Assembly (NCBI GenBank): GCA_038529225.1
Contig: JBCBDZ010000001.1
Location: forward strand, 31,496-95,495
DNA: 64,000 nt
Direction: 5' to 3'
From: Pseudomonadota bacterium
Lineage (GTDB): Bacteria; Pseudomonadota; Alphaproteobacteria; Rhodobacterales; Rhodobacteraceae
Every line of letters starts with the position of its first letter. Positions within the stretch are counted from its first letter, which is position 1. The position numbers and the translations under genes are program-made. The notes under the pieces are model-generated. The model was given only the letters and a program-made list of their open reading frames with translations. It was not told the DNA's origin and did no database searches. Shown here piece after piece: positions 1 through 10,277 of this stretch.

Positions 1-150
1 GCCTCTGTTTTGCCTTGGTCGAACGCTGATATCGGAACAACAGGGCGAAACATATAACCGGTAGACTGATTTCCTGCCGTTCGATACGTGTATCCATAGT
101 TTGGGGAACGACCCTCAAACATTCCGGCAGGGCTCTCGAACGGAAGGTGC

Positions 151-1716
151 GTGTTGCGATTTCTTTTTCTGTACCGCCCGATATTGCTTGGACTTGTATT
201 GATCTCCATCCTTTTGTCGGCAGCTCATATTTTCCTGATCACGGCAGAATATGACGAGGCTTGGATCATCGCCTCGGCACGGCAGGCTTTTTCTGACGCA
301 ACCCTTCCGGAGGTGCCGCCTGTTTTGACAACGGGTGGTCTGTATTTCTGGCTGGTTGGATTGACGGCTGCCGTTGATCTGGATCCGCTGCTTGTGGCGC
401 GTAGCCTGTCCTTTGCCAGTGCGATCCTGCTGATCGGCTTGTTGTACGTGCACATCAGCCGGTGGTTCACGTCTTATGCCGAGCGATTGATTGTTATCGC
501 CACGTGCTTTGCTGCGCCTGGCACCATCATGCTTGCCGGGCTGGGGTTTGGCATTCCACTTGCCGTGTTCCTTTTGATTTCCGGGCTGCTTGTGCTCACC
601 TTACACGAGCGCACAAGCATCACTCACGCGGTGGTTGGGGGGCTGCTGATCGGGCTTGCAGTTGCAACGCGTTGGCCATTGCTGCCTGCGTTGCCGGGCA
701 TCCTGTTGCTAATAGCGGGTCACCCCGAACACCGGGCGGCGAATGTCAAAGCCGCTTTTGTTGCCGGGGCGACCGCTGTTGCCTGCTTTGCGGCATGCGT
801 TGGTTTACAATTGCTGGTGCAGGGGGGGGCGGGCTCATCGGGTGCCAACGCAAGTCTCGCCGCAAGTGCCCAAGCTGCAGGGATATCAGCGGCGTTACCG
901 TCTCCCCCTCGATTGCTAAGCCGCGTGACCTCGCTGATGACGGTATTCCCGGTCTCGCTATTGGCCGTTGGAGTGATCACTTGCGCTTTTCTTGACCCAA
1001 AATCCGGGGCACGTCGCTTTGCAATCGTCATATTGGGTATGGCACTGTTGATCGCCGTTGCGTTTATCATCCGGTCTCCTGCGCTTTTGCTGCGCTATAT
1101 CTGGCCCGTCTATTTTCTAGTGGCGCTTCTGGCAGGCTTTGGTTTTGCGATGCTTTACAGCCGCGCCAGGGCTGCGGGGGTGCCGGCCCTTATTCACGCA
1201 TCGCTTTTGGTCCCAATCACTTTGGTCTTTGCGCAAATCGTTATTGCGATCCGCGTCCTGGCAATTGGAGCGGCAACCCAAGTGAACACAGCCGGCCATG
1301 AGACACTCGAGAACCAATTTACGCCGTTATACCTTCAGGAAGAAGAGGTCCAGTTAGTCAAGTACATGAAAGACACCCCCGCTGATGCTATTTTTGGTAC
1401 ACTGACACTCCCGCGGGAACATAGCGCCCTGGAGATCAGCCTGCTGACGAACCGCATCGTTCATGATTTTCATTTGATGGGTGAAGACGTCACAGCGCGA
1501 CCCGACTACATTATCACGCATCGGTTCTCACAGCTGAATGATGCGGGTCAAACCTGGCTGAAAAACCTCGGCAAGCCCATACAAAAGATCAAAGGTTATT
1601 CGATCTATGAATTGCCAGACGAGGTCAATCTGCCCGAGAGCGAAACGGTAATTTTGAGTACGCAGCTTTATCGCTTTGGACCGGAGCGTCAGTTGTCGCT
1701 GACGGGTTGGGATTAA
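151..1716 (+). CDS. Multi-pass membrane protein, GT-C fold glycosyltransferase-like (PMT/ArnT-like)
   Basis: 521 aa, TTG start. About 11-12 hydrophobic segments, an acidic 'YDEAW' motif after TM1 as in GT-C enzymes, and a soluble C-terminal tail. Confidence 0.55.
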   Translation: MLRFLFLYRPILLGLVLISILLSAAHIFLITAEYDEAWIIASARQAFSDATLPEVPPVLTTGGLYFWLVGLTAAVDLDPLLVARSLSFASAILLIGLLYVHISRWFTSYAERLIVIATCFAAPGTIMLAGLGFGIPLAVFLLISGLLVLTLHERTSITHAVVGGLLIGLAVATRWPLLPALPGILLLIAGHPEHRAANVKAAFVAGATAVACFAACVGLQLLVQGGAGSSGANASLAASAQAAGISAALPSPPRLLSRVTSLMTVFPVSLLAVGVITCAFLDPKSGARRFAIVILGMALLIAVAFIIRSPALLLRYIWPVYFLVALLAGFGFAMLYSRARAAGVPALIHASLLVPITLVFAQIVIAIRVLAIGAATQVNTAGHETLENQFTPLYLQEEEVQLVKYMKDTPADAIFGTLTLPREHSALEISLLTNRIVHDFHLMGEDVTARPDYIITHRFSQLNDAGQTWLKNLGKPIQKIKGYSIYELPDEVNLPESETVILSTQLYRFGPERQLSLTGWD

Positions 1717-1950
1717 GTGAAGAAAAATCAGTCTACGCTCGTATGGGTGCCGGGCCTGCAATCGATTGTCTTCGCGGCGTCAAGCCGCGGCAATATCATC
1801 GGCACACGCGATCTGGTGATGCAGCATATGCCGGTGGCGGGTTAGGCTGAGAGTGTATGCGGTGCGTAGCCTTCCCCGATTTAGGTTGTTTGATATTGAG
1901 CATTGCACGTCATCACCGTGCCACTATTGATCCCTAGTGACCGCTTTGAA

Positions 1951-2754
1951 ATGAACCAGATGTCCAAGCTCCCCCCCAAGGCCGATCCGCGTCCCGAGGC
2001 TCCCTATAAACGCGTGCCGATGCTCAATGCCTATGTGCATGACATCTCGATGGACGCGTTGGTGCGTGACTTTGACGAAGGGCTCTTGCTGACGCTGCAC
2101 GTGGACATGGCCATGAAGCTGCAGCAGGACCCCGAGTTTCACGCCATCATCGATCAGTTCGACGTGATCACCTGCGACAGTCAGATCATGTATTTCGCCA
2201 CGAAATTTCTGGGCACCCCGGTGCAGGAACGGGTGTCGGGGTCGGATTACTTTCCGCGCTTTTACATGCACCACAAGGACAATCCCGACATGACCCTGTT
2301 CATGCTGGGGGGCAAGCCGGGCATTGCAGAGCTGGCACAAAAGAACGTCAACGCCAAGGTGGGGCGCGCGTTCATCGTCGGCACCTATGCACCATCGTTC
2401 GACTTTGAAAACACCCCCGGTGAGATCGACGCGATGATCGATGCGGTCAACGCCTCGGGCGCCACGGCGCTGCTGGTCGGTCTGGGCGGGGGGCGCCAGG
2501 AAAAATTCATCATCCGCTACCGCGACCGGATGCCGGGCATCAAATTGTGGCTGCCCCTGGGGGGCACCATCGATTACGAAAGCGGCACCTTCCAGCGCCC
2601 GCCGAAATGGATCACCGAATGGGGGTTCGAGTGGCTCTACCGTCTAGCGAAGGAACCGCGGGCGCGTTTCCATCGATATGTCGTGCACGAACCGCCGTTC
2701 CTCTGGGCGATCCTCAAACAACGGCTGGGCTGGTACCGCGACCCCTTCGCCTGA
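1951..2754 (+). CDS. WecB/TagA/CpsF family glycosyltransferase
   Basis: Motifs ERVSGSDYF, LLVGLGGGRQEKFI, GGTIDY and GFEWLYRL. Start at ATG 1951 or 1960. Confidence 0.9.
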   Translation: MNQMSKLPPKADPRPEAPYKRVPMLNAYVHDISMDALVRDFDEGLLLTLHVDMAMKLQQDPEFHAIIDQFDVITCDSQIMYFATKFLGTPVQERVSGSDYFPRFYMHHKDNPDMTLFMLGGKPGIAELAQKNVNAKVGRAFIVGTYAPSFDFENTPGEIDAMIDAVNASGATALLVGLGGGRQEKFIIRYRDRMPGIKLWLPLGGTIDYESGTFQRPPKWITEWGFEWLYRLAKEPRARFHRYVVHEPPFLWAILKQRLGWYRDPFA

Positions 2755-4776
2755 AAGCGCGGCTGTCTGCGCCGGGGCCGGTGCCATATGCCGGACCACC
2801 TCGGGCACGATGTAGGATGCGCCGTAATTCGACAGGTGATCATCGTCATAATAGAGCGCCTTTTGATCCATCGAGCCCACGCAACGCCCCGGCACAAAAG
2901 TGTCGCAGAACACCGCCTCCGGCTCGACCCGAAAGAGGCCCGGATGATCCGGCAGCGCGTCAAAGGCGGCAATCACCTGTGCATTGCGCGCCCGAAAGCT
3001 CGTGTGGCTCACCGACAGATCGACTTCTTTTCCTGAGAAAAACCGCGTCTTGGCCAGCACCAGCGGCACGTTCCAGCCTTGTTCGGGCACAGGGTAGAGC
3101 AAGATCACCCGCTTGCCCGCCGCCAGCAGATCCCGAACCTGCTGCGTATAGAGCCGCAGCACATCCGCTTGCCGTTCGGCCTCGGGGTAGGGGCGCGCGC
3201 CCCGCTGCACCAGACCCGCGGGGTAGGGGCCGTCATGCTCCACCCCGCCTTCGCCATTGTCATAGCCGTGCCCGTGAAAATACATGGTGAAGCGCCCCGA
3301 CAGCACCACATACTCGATCGTCGGGTCACCATAGACCATGGCAAAGGCGTCGCTGTTGAACCGCCCGCACTCGTAATCCGACCCATGGGTCAGCACATGC
3401 AGGCCCTGCACCGGCGGGCAGCCGTTGTACCACACGTGCCGCACACCCAGACCGCGGGCGGTCAGCGCCTCGTGCAGCGGATAGGCGATGGCGTCGGAGT
3501 GGCTGTCCCCCATCAGCACGCCGCGGACATTATCCGCGACCCCCAGAATACAGGCGGTATCCGGGGCCACATACTGGTTTGGGCCTGAAAAACAGTCTCT
3601 GCGAAACGGATTGTCATCGTGCTGGTAGGCGGCCAGGGTCGCAACCTCGGCCGGAATGCGCGGCGCGGGGAACCCGCCTGTGCGGTCACCGATCAGCCCA
3701 ACAATGGCGCAGGCGGCCAGCCCGAGGCCCCCGAACCAAAAGAGCGCAGGCCGCCCGATCCGCTGGGACGTGCGAAAGGGGCGCTCCACATAGCGCCAGC
3801 TGAGATATGCCACCGCCAGCGTCACCGCACATAAAAGCAGCATGACCGCTTCGGATGGCGGGGTGATATGGCGATAGCGGGCAAAGACAAAGAGCGGCTG
3901 GTGCCACAGATAGGCCGAATAGCTGATCAGCCCCAGCCCAACGCACCCGCGCAGGCTCAGCACCGCATGGGCCCATGTGCCGGCGCGCGCGCAGAGGATG
4001 ACAAGCGCCGCCCCACCTGTCGGCAGCAGCGTGTAGAGACTGGGGAACGGGGTTGTGGTGTCATAGACGAAAAAAGCCGCCACGATCCCCGCCAGCCCCA
4101 GCATCGCCAGGGCTCCGGGCAAGGGTCCTGAGGGGCATGCCCGCCTGTGCAGGTAAAGCGCGCAAAAGCTGCCCAAAAGCAGCTCCCAGGCCCGCGTCGG
4201 CAGCAGGAAAAAGGCCGAGCTTGGCTTGTGATGGGCGCCCCATTGCGCCAGTGCCAGGCTCACCACAAAGCCCAGGCCCAGCACGGCCAGCATCGGGACG
4301 CGCCCCCACCGCCAGAGCGCGTAGAGAACAGGTGGAAAGAGGATATAGAACTGCTCTTCCACCGCGAGGCTCCAGGTGTGCAGGAGCGGTTTGAGCTCGG
4401 AGGCGGTGTCGAAATAGCCCGCCTCGCGCCAGAAGAGGATGTTGGAGGAAAACAGGGATGTGGCCAGCAGGCTTTGAGAAAAATCCGCCATGTCCTTGGG
4501 CATCAGCGTGACCCAGGCGATGGCCGTGGCCACGGCAAGCATGACAAAGAGCGCCGGCAACAGCCGCCGCGCGCGCCGTTCGTAAAAGCGCAGCAGGCTG
4601 AACTGCCCGGCCTCGATATCCTTGATCAGGAGCGCGGTGATCAAATAGCCGCTGATCACAAAGAATACGTCGACCCCGACAAACCCCCCGCTGAACGCGG
4701 AAAAACCGGCATGAAACAGAATGACCGGAGCCACAGCCACGGCCCGCAGCCCATCAATCTCAGCGCGATAGTTCAA
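2644..4776 (-). CDS. OafA-like O-acetyltransferase (acyltransferase-3 fused to SGNH domain)
   Basis: YRAEIDGLRAVAV, GVDVFFVISGYLIT and HTWSLAVEEQFY in the membrane part. C-terminal GDSHS and DDDHL SGNH motifs. Confidence 0.92.
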   Translation of the reverse strand: MNYRAEIDGLRAVAVAPVILFHAGFSAFSGGFVGVDVFFVISGYLITALLIKDIEAGQFSLLRFYERRARRLLPALFVMLAVATAIAWVTLMPKDMADFSQSLLATSLFSSNILFWREAGYFDTASELKPLLHTWSLAVEEQFYILFPPVLYALWRWGRVPMLAVLGLGFVVSLALAQWGAHHKPSSAFFLLPTRAWELLLGSFCALYLHRRACPSGPLPGALAMLGLAGIVAAFFVYDTTTPFPSLYTLLPTGGAALVILCARAGTWAHAVLSLRGCVGLGLISYSAYLWHQPLFVFARYRHITPPSEAVMLLLCAVTLAVAYLSWRYVERPFRTSQRIGRPALFWFGGLGLAACAIVGLIGDRTGGFPAPRIPAEVATLAAYQHDDNPFRRDCFSGPNQYVAPDTACILGVADNVRGVLMGDSHSDAIAYPLHEALTARGLGVRHVWYNGCPPVQGLHVLTHGSDYECGRFNSDAFAMVYGDPTIEYVVLSGRFTMYFHGHGYDNGEGGVEHDGPYPAGLVQRGARPYPEAERQADVLRLYTQQVRDLLAAGKRVILLYPVPEQGWNVPLVLAKTRFFSGKEVDLSVSHTSFRARNAQVIAAFDALPDHPGLFRVEPEAVFCDTFVPGRCVGSMDQKALYYDDDHLSNYGASYIVPEVVRHMAPAPAQTAALSGEGVAVPAQPLFEDRPEERRFVHDISMETRPRFLR

Positions 4777-4875
4777 GGCGACACCTCATCCAGCCATGAC
4801 GTGATGCGCCAGATGTCGGGGCGTGGGCCTGTCGCACTCTGACGCGCGGATGACCTCAGAAATGCGCCGTTTTGG

Positions 4876-4890
4876 TTAATGCATGTTTAA
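4876..4890 (-). promoter_or_regulatory. CtrA-binding box (TTAA-N7-TTAAC)
   Basis: Minus strand reads TTAA-ACATGCA-TTAACC, an exact match to the alphaproteobacterial CtrA consensus, 100 bp upstream of the oafA-like start. Confidence 0.7.
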
Positions 4891-4928
4891 GGGAGCCGGG
4901 AAAATTTTTCGGAACGGCCCCAAGGTAC

Positions 4929-6242
4929 CTACACCTTAACAACCCCCTCCATCGCCAGTCCGCGCCGGGCGATAGCGTTGCGGGTGTCGACGACCGGGCA
5001 GCCCAGCGTCAGCAGCTGTGCGTAATCGACCGCGTCATGGTCCGTGGCGATCAGCACCGCGTCGAACTGACCGGGGGTGAGCGTTGCGGGATCAGCCGCG
5101 GGGCGGGCCAGAAACTGTTTGTACTCGCGCATCGGCGGAATTTCCGGCACGTGCGGGTCGATATACTCCACGTCGCTGCCGGCCGCATCCAGCAGTTCCA
5201 GAAGCTTCATGGCCGGGCTTTCGCGCATGTCAGAGACGTTCTTCTTGTAAGCCACACCCACCAGTAAAATCCGCGCCGCACTCAGCCCCTTGCCGCAGGA
5301 TCGGTCCACGATCTCGCGCAGCCGGTCCACCACGTGATGCGGCATGTCGGTGTTGATCTCGCCGGCCAGTTCGATGAACCGCGTGGGCACCTCGTGCTCG
5401 CGCGCCTTCCAGGTCAGGTAAAAGGGGTCAATCGGGATGCAGTGCCCGCCCAGCCCGGGGCCGGGATAGAACGGCATGTAGCCAAAGGGCTTAGTGGCGG
5501 CCCCGTCGATCACCTCCCACACGTCGATGCCCATTTTGTCGTAGATCAGCTTGAGCTCGTTCACGAGGGCGATGTTGACGGCGCGAAAGATGTTTTCGGT
5601 GATCTTCACCGCTTCGGCTGTGGCAGGCGTGGGCACGCGCACCACCGTGTCGACGATGCGCGCATAGAGCGCCTCGATCAGGTCGCCTGCCGTGTCCCCC
5701 ATGCCCGCCACGATCTTGGGGATGGAGCGGGTGGTGTGGTGGGCGTTGCCGGGATCCTCGCGTTCGGGCGAAAAGCCCAGAAAGATGTCCTCGCCCAGCG
5801 TCAGCCCCGAGGTCTTCAGGATCGGGGCCAGCACCTCTTCGGTGGTGCCGGGATAGGTGGTGGATTCCAGCACCACGATGGTACCGGGCCGGATATGGTC
5901 GGCGATCCTGCGCGTGGTCTGTTCGACAAAGGACAGGTCCGGCTCGCGCTGTTTGGTCAGCGGGGTGGGCACACAGATCAGGATGGCCTGGCAGTCCGAC
6001 AGGTGGCTGAAATCCGTGCTCCAGTCAAAGCGGCCCTGCACGGCCGCCAGATCGGCATCGCTGACCGCCCCGATATAGCTTTGGCCCGCGTCCAGCCTGT
6101 CCATCTTGGAGGCGTCGATGTCAAAACCCGTCACCGCAAAGCCTTGCCGCGCCGCTGTCACCGCGAGCGGCAGCCCGACATAGCCCAGGCCAATCACACC
6201 CACGCGGGCCGAATAGTCGGAAATACTGTCTTTGAGCGACAT
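4929..6242 (-). CDS. Nucleotide-sugar dehydrogenase (UDP-N-acetylglucosamine 6-dehydrogenase, WbpA/WecC family)
   Basis: GLGYVGLP Rossmann motif, ICVPTPL, ESTTYPGTT, FSPEREDPGN, GPGLGGHCIPIDP and YKKNVSDMRESP. Confidence 0.92.
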   Translation of the reverse strand: MSLKDSISDYSARVGVIGLGYVGLPLAVTAARQGFAVTGFDIDASKMDRLDAGQSYIGAVSDADLAAVQGRFDWSTDFSHLSDCQAILICVPTPLTKQREPDLSFVEQTTRRIADHIRPGTIVVLESTTYPGTTEEVLAPILKTSGLTLGEDIFLGFSPEREDPGNAHHTTRSIPKIVAGMGDTAGDLIEALYARIVDTVVRVPTPATAEAVKITENIFRAVNIALVNELKLIYDKMGIDVWEVIDGAATKPFGYMPFYPGPGLGGHCIPIDPFYLTWKAREHEVPTRFIELAGEINTDMPHHVVDRLREIVDRSCGKGLSAARILLVGVAYKKNVSDMRESPAMKLLELLDAAGSDVEYIDPHVPEIPPMREYKQFLARPAADPATLTPGQFDAVLIATDHDAVDYAQLLTLGCPVVDTRNAIARRGLAMEGVVKV

Positions 6243-6430
6243 GTGACCTTGGGGCCTTTTTACCGTAAGAGAGGCATCAGATTTGAGTGTCTTGTTTCAA
6301 ACCCGCGACCAGGTGACAACATCCCCGGCGTGCGCCGCTAAATTGTGATGTGGGATGCGTGCGCAGGCTTGCACGCCGGACGATCTGTCATGCAAAAGGT
6401 GCGTGATGTATTCTTGAGGGTCTTTTGCCA

Positions 6431-7360
6431 ATGCCTGATCCGCGCGCCTATGTGGTGATTGCGCCTGGTCGAAACGAGGCCAAGTTCATGCGTCGCACCC
6501 TCGACAGCATGGTGGCGCAAAGTGAACGGCCCGCTCTTTTGGTCATTGTCGATGACGGCTCGACCGATGAAAGCCCGCAGATCCTGGCCGAATACACCGC
6601 CGCCCATGACTGGATCCGGGTGGTGCAAAAGCCCGATCGCGGGCATCGCGCAGTGGGTCCCGGCGTGATCGAGGCATTCTATGCCGGATTGGAGACGGTG
6701 GAGCTGTCGGATTACAGCTACCTGTGCAAGCTGGACCTCGATCTGGACCTGCCGCCCACCTATTTCGCAGGCCTCATGAACCGGATGGAAGCCGACCCGC
6801 GCATGGGCAGCGCCTCGGGCAAGCCATGGTATACGGGGCCGCAGGGCCAGAAGATCTCCGAAGGGATCGGCGACGAGATGTCCGTGGGCATGACCAAGTT
6901 CATGCGCGTGGCCTGTTTCGAACAGATCGGAGGGTTCGCGCGCGAGGTGATGTGGGACGGGCTCGACTGTCACAAGGCGCGGCAACTGGGCTGGAAGGCG
7001 GGCAGCTGGGATGCGCCGGAACTGGCGTTTGAGCATCTGCGCCCCATGGGCTCGAGCCAGCAGAACATCCATGTGGGCCGCCGTCGCCATGGGTTTGGGC
7101 AGTATTACATGGGCACATCGCCGGTCTATCTGGTGGCCTCGGCCCTCAATAAGATGCGCCAGCCGCCGCTGATCACGGGCGGTCTGGCCATCCTGCAGGG
7201 TTATTTCGGTGCTATGCTGCGGCGCGAGGCGCAGCACGCCGACCCAGACCTGCGCGCCTTTATCCGAGCCTACCAGCGGCGCGCGCTGCGCGTGGGCAAG
7301 GCGCGGGCTGCGGCCGAAATCGAAGCGGCCCAGGCCTCGGCCTGGACGGCACAGGCCTGA
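6431..7360 (+). CDS. Glycosyltransferase family 2
   Basis: RNEAKF, VIVDDGSTDES and KLDLD motifs. RBS-like GAGGG upstream. Confidence 0.88.
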   Translation: MPDPRAYVVIAPGRNEAKFMRRTLDSMVAQSERPALLVIVDDGSTDESPQILAEYTAAHDWIRVVQKPDRGHRAVGPGVIEAFYAGLETVELSDYSYLCKLDLDLDLPPTYFAGLMNRMEADPRMGSASGKPWYTGPQGQKISEGIGDEMSVGMTKFMRVACFEQIGGFAREVMWDGLDCHKARQLGWKAGSWDAPELAFEHLRPMGSSQQNIHVGRRRHGFGQYYMGTSPVYLVASALNKMRQPPLITGGLAILQGYFGAMLRREAQHADPDLRAFIRAYQRRALRVGKARAAAEIEAAQASAWTAQA

Positions 7361-7373
7361 GACCGGGATCCTG

Positions 7374-8663
7374 ATGCGCGCACTTTTATACGCCGATGCC
7401 ATGAACCCCGAGCACGCCTCGGAACCCGGGGTGACGTTTCACACCGCGCGCGCTCTTGTGGACCAGCTCGACGCGGCGGTTGTCGTCACCCAGATCCGCA
7501 ACAAGGATGCCATCGACAAGGTCGGGATGGGCAAGGCCGAGGTGGTCTATCTCGACACCGAATATATCGCCCGGCCAATATGGAAAATCTCCAGTGCCCT
7601 GCGGCTCAACACGGCCAATCTGGCGGCGATCAAATATCCCGTGCAGGTCGCCTTTGAACGCGAGCTGTGGAAGCGGTTCGGCCCGGAGTTGAAAGCCGGC
7701 CGCTTCGACATCCTGCACCGCCTCGGGCCAATCAGCTCGGCCCTGCCCAGCCCCCTGACCAGCTGGTCACCCGTGCCCGTGGTGGTGGGGCCCGTGAACG
7801 GGGGGCTGGCCTATCCGCCAGCCTTTCGCGATCTGATCCGCCGCGAAGGCGAGTGGCTGCGCCATGTGCGCAATGCCTACAAGCTGCTGCCCTACACGAC
7901 CTCGACCTATTCCAGGGCGGCGGCGATCCTTGCGGCCTTCGACCATACAATCGACACGCTGCCGCCGGGCAACGGTGACCGGATCTTTGATTTCCCCGAA
8001 GTGGGCGCCGCGCCGGAGCTGTTTGCCGCTCAGTCGGATCGCGCGCCGAAACAGGGAGATCGGGTCGACTTCTTCTTTGCCGGGCGTCTGGTGCCGTTCA
8101 AATGCGCGGATGTGGCCATCCGGGCCTTTGCGGGCAGCGACATGCTGCGCCAGCATCGCCTGATCATTGCCGGTGACGGGCCGGAGCGGGCCAAACTGGA
8201 GGCGCTGGTGGCCGAACATGGTCTGGACCACTGCGTGACGTTTCTGGGCTGGGCCGAAAAGCAGGTAGTGGCCGACTACATGCAATCCTCGGATGTCTTT
8301 GTCTTTCCCTCCATCCGGGATGCGGGCGCAGGCGTGATCGTCGAGGCGATGATGTCCGGCATTGCGTCTGTCGTCGTGGATTACGGGCCCGGCGCGCGTC
8401 TGCTGGACGATGACAGCGGCATTCGCATTCCCCTTGGCACACGCGAGGACCATGTGGCGGGCTTTCGCGCCGCCATGGAACGGTTGGCCCGGGATCCGGA
8501 GGCGTGCACCCGCATGGGACAGGCCGCGCGGACCCGTGCGATGACCCATTTGAGCTGGGAGGCACGGGCCCGGCATATGCTTGATATCTACGCCTGGGTT
8601 GCCGGGCAGCGCGAGGACCGGCCAGCGGGGCTGCTGGATCAGGCGGTGTCGGTCAGTACATAA
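7374..8663 (+). CDS. Glycosyltransferase family 4
   Basis: FAGRLVPFK, IAGDGPER, FVFPSIRDAGAGVIVEAM. True start is probably MRALLY at 7374. Confidence 0.88.
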   Translation: MRALLYADAMNPEHASEPGVTFHTARALVDQLDAAVVVTQIRNKDAIDKVGMGKAEVVYLDTEYIARPIWKISSALRLNTANLAAIKYPVQVAFERELWKRFGPELKAGRFDILHRLGPISSALPSPLTSWSPVPVVVGPVNGGLAYPPAFRDLIRREGEWLRHVRNAYKLLPYTTSTYSRAAAILAAFDHTIDTLPPGNGDRIFDFPEVGAAPELFAAQSDRAPKQGDRVDFFFAGRLVPFKCADVAIRAFAGSDMLRQHRLIIAGDGPERAKLEALVAEHGLDHCVTFLGWAEKQVVADYMQSSDVFVFPSIRDAGAGVIVEAMMSGIASVVVDYGPGARLLDDDSGIRIPLGTREDHVAGFRAAMERLARDPEACTRMGQAARTRAMTHLSWEARARHMLDIYAWVAGQREDRPAGLLDQAVSVST

Positions 8664-10018
8664 ACCAGCACAGGCAGGATCACACAGCCCAGGCCGAAAG
8701 CCGCATCATAAAGCGTTTCGCGCGGACCGAAAAAAGGCGCTGTCCTGACCAGCAGAACAGGCACCGACGCAAAGCGCGCAATCACCATGCCCACCACGCC
8801 GCCGGCAAAGCCAAACAGGCTGTATCCTACAAACAGCAGCACAACCGTTGCCACCGCAATGGTCACTGCCAACCAGAACATCGACCGTGTGTCGCCCTGA
8901 ACCAGCAGCAGATTGCCCATCTGGTTAAAGCGAAACGCCAGAACAAGAGGGCCGAGCAACTGGATGATACGACCCGCCTCACTGTAATCATCCGTATAGA
9001 GCAACTCGACCAGAAGCGGGCCGCCTGCAACCAGCGCAGCGCAGGCACAGACACAGATGGCATCAATGCCCCATTGATATTTGCGCATCAGACGTCGCGC
9101 CTCGTCCGGGCGGTCCCGGAGCATCTCCGACACAATGGAAAACCCAACCGCGCGCGAGAACACGTCCAGAAACCGCTCGGCTGCAGAGATCCAGATAAAG
9201 GCAATGGCATAAAGACCCATGGTGACGCTCGAGATCAGCGCACCAAAAATGACCTTGTCGGTGTTGCGGATGATGAATGTCACCCCCGAGGAGGCCATGA
9301 TCCACTTGCCATACTGCCACAGCCGGTCCGCCATCTCACGGTCCCACAGCCATCGCATGCGCGGACCCGGCATATAGAGATGGGACAGGGCCGCCTTGGC
9401 AAAATTCCCGACAGCCCCCCCGACCAAAAGCGCCCAGACCGTGGGGCTGATCAGGGCAAAGCCGATCTGACACGCCAGGCGCAGGATCAGGGTGACAAAT
9501 TCAAGAAGGGCGATCCGTTTGAAGTCCATGCGCCGCATCGCAGCCTGCCAATTGGTCGACACCAGGCCCTGGCCAAACGGAAACAGCGCTGTCAGCGCAA
9601 TCAGCAGCGGCATCTCGGGGGCGGCCATGGCAGACCCCGGTACCGCAAAACCAGGGCCTACAAAGGCAAAGATGACCGCCAGCGCCACCACAATCAGCGC
9701 AATCGCGATCGAGCGGATCACATTCACGGTCCAGGCCACCCGTAAAAACCGCGGCCCCATCCGGTCCTTTTCCCGTACAATGCTTTGATAGACGCCGATA
9801 TCGGCCAAAAGCGCCACGGCATTCGCAAACACCATGGCAAAGGCCAGAAGACCAAAGGCTTCGGGCACCAAAAGCCGCGTCATGATGAGGTTGCTGCCCA
9901 GCCGGAAGACAAACTCGGTGCCCACCGTGACCATGTTCCAGCCCGTGGCATCCAGGGCCCGTGCCTTCAAAGACCCTTCGGTTGGTCTCAGTCTTGCCAG
10001 CCTGGCGGCAAAGCCCAT
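8639..10018 (-). CDS. wzx: Oligosaccharide flippase (Wzx family)
   Basis: LIMTRLLVPEAFGL N-terminal motif, about 12 TM segments, DKVIFG...MGLYAIA. Confidence 0.85.
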   Translation of the reverse strand: MGFAARLARLRPTEGSLKARALDATGWNMVTVGTEFVFRLGSNLIMTRLLVPEAFGLLAFAMVFANAVALLADIGVYQSIVREKDRMGPRFLRVAWTVNVIRSIAIALIVVALAVIFAFVGPGFAVPGSAMAAPEMPLLIALTALFPFGQGLVSTNWQAAMRRMDFKRIALLEFVTLILRLACQIGFALISPTVWALLVGGAVGNFAKAALSHLYMPGPRMRWLWDREMADRLWQYGKWIMASSGVTFIIRNTDKVIFGALISSVTMGLYAIAFIWISAAERFLDVFSRAVGFSIVSEMLRDRPDEARRLMRKYQWGIDAICVCACAALVAGGPLLVELLYTDDYSEAGRIIQLLGPLVLAFRFNQMGNLLLVQGDTRSMFWLAVTIAVATVVLLFVGYSLFGFAGGVVGMVIARFASVPVLLVRTAPFFGPRETLYDAAFGLGCVILPVLVYVLTDTA

Positions 10019-10277
10019 GGTGCACCAACCTTGCAAAACGACGCCGGATTGGCTTCAACCATACTTGTTCGGAAAGGTCGAGAGAAACTCGCGCCCTGTT
10101 CCTGCCAGAGCGCATGTCGCGGTCACGCACCTCCTGTTTCGTGGCGCGTTCCAGGCACATCACACACTCTTCTGCCGTGGACCTATCGCAAGGGCTTTCT
10201 TTTGGCGTTACAGACAGGCGACGGCGCATGTGCGCGGTAAGGATGAGGAAGCAGGTTATTTTCAAAGGCGTCGTCAG

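Noticed and set aside
2035-2688. 20-bp imperfect inverted repeat (2035-2054 vs 2669-2688, 18/20) that makes 'VHDISM' appear in both the WecB N-terminus and the OafA tail
   Set aside because: A rough estimate gives a few such matches by chance among all position pairs in 64 kb. No recombinase or other sign of an invertible element is present.
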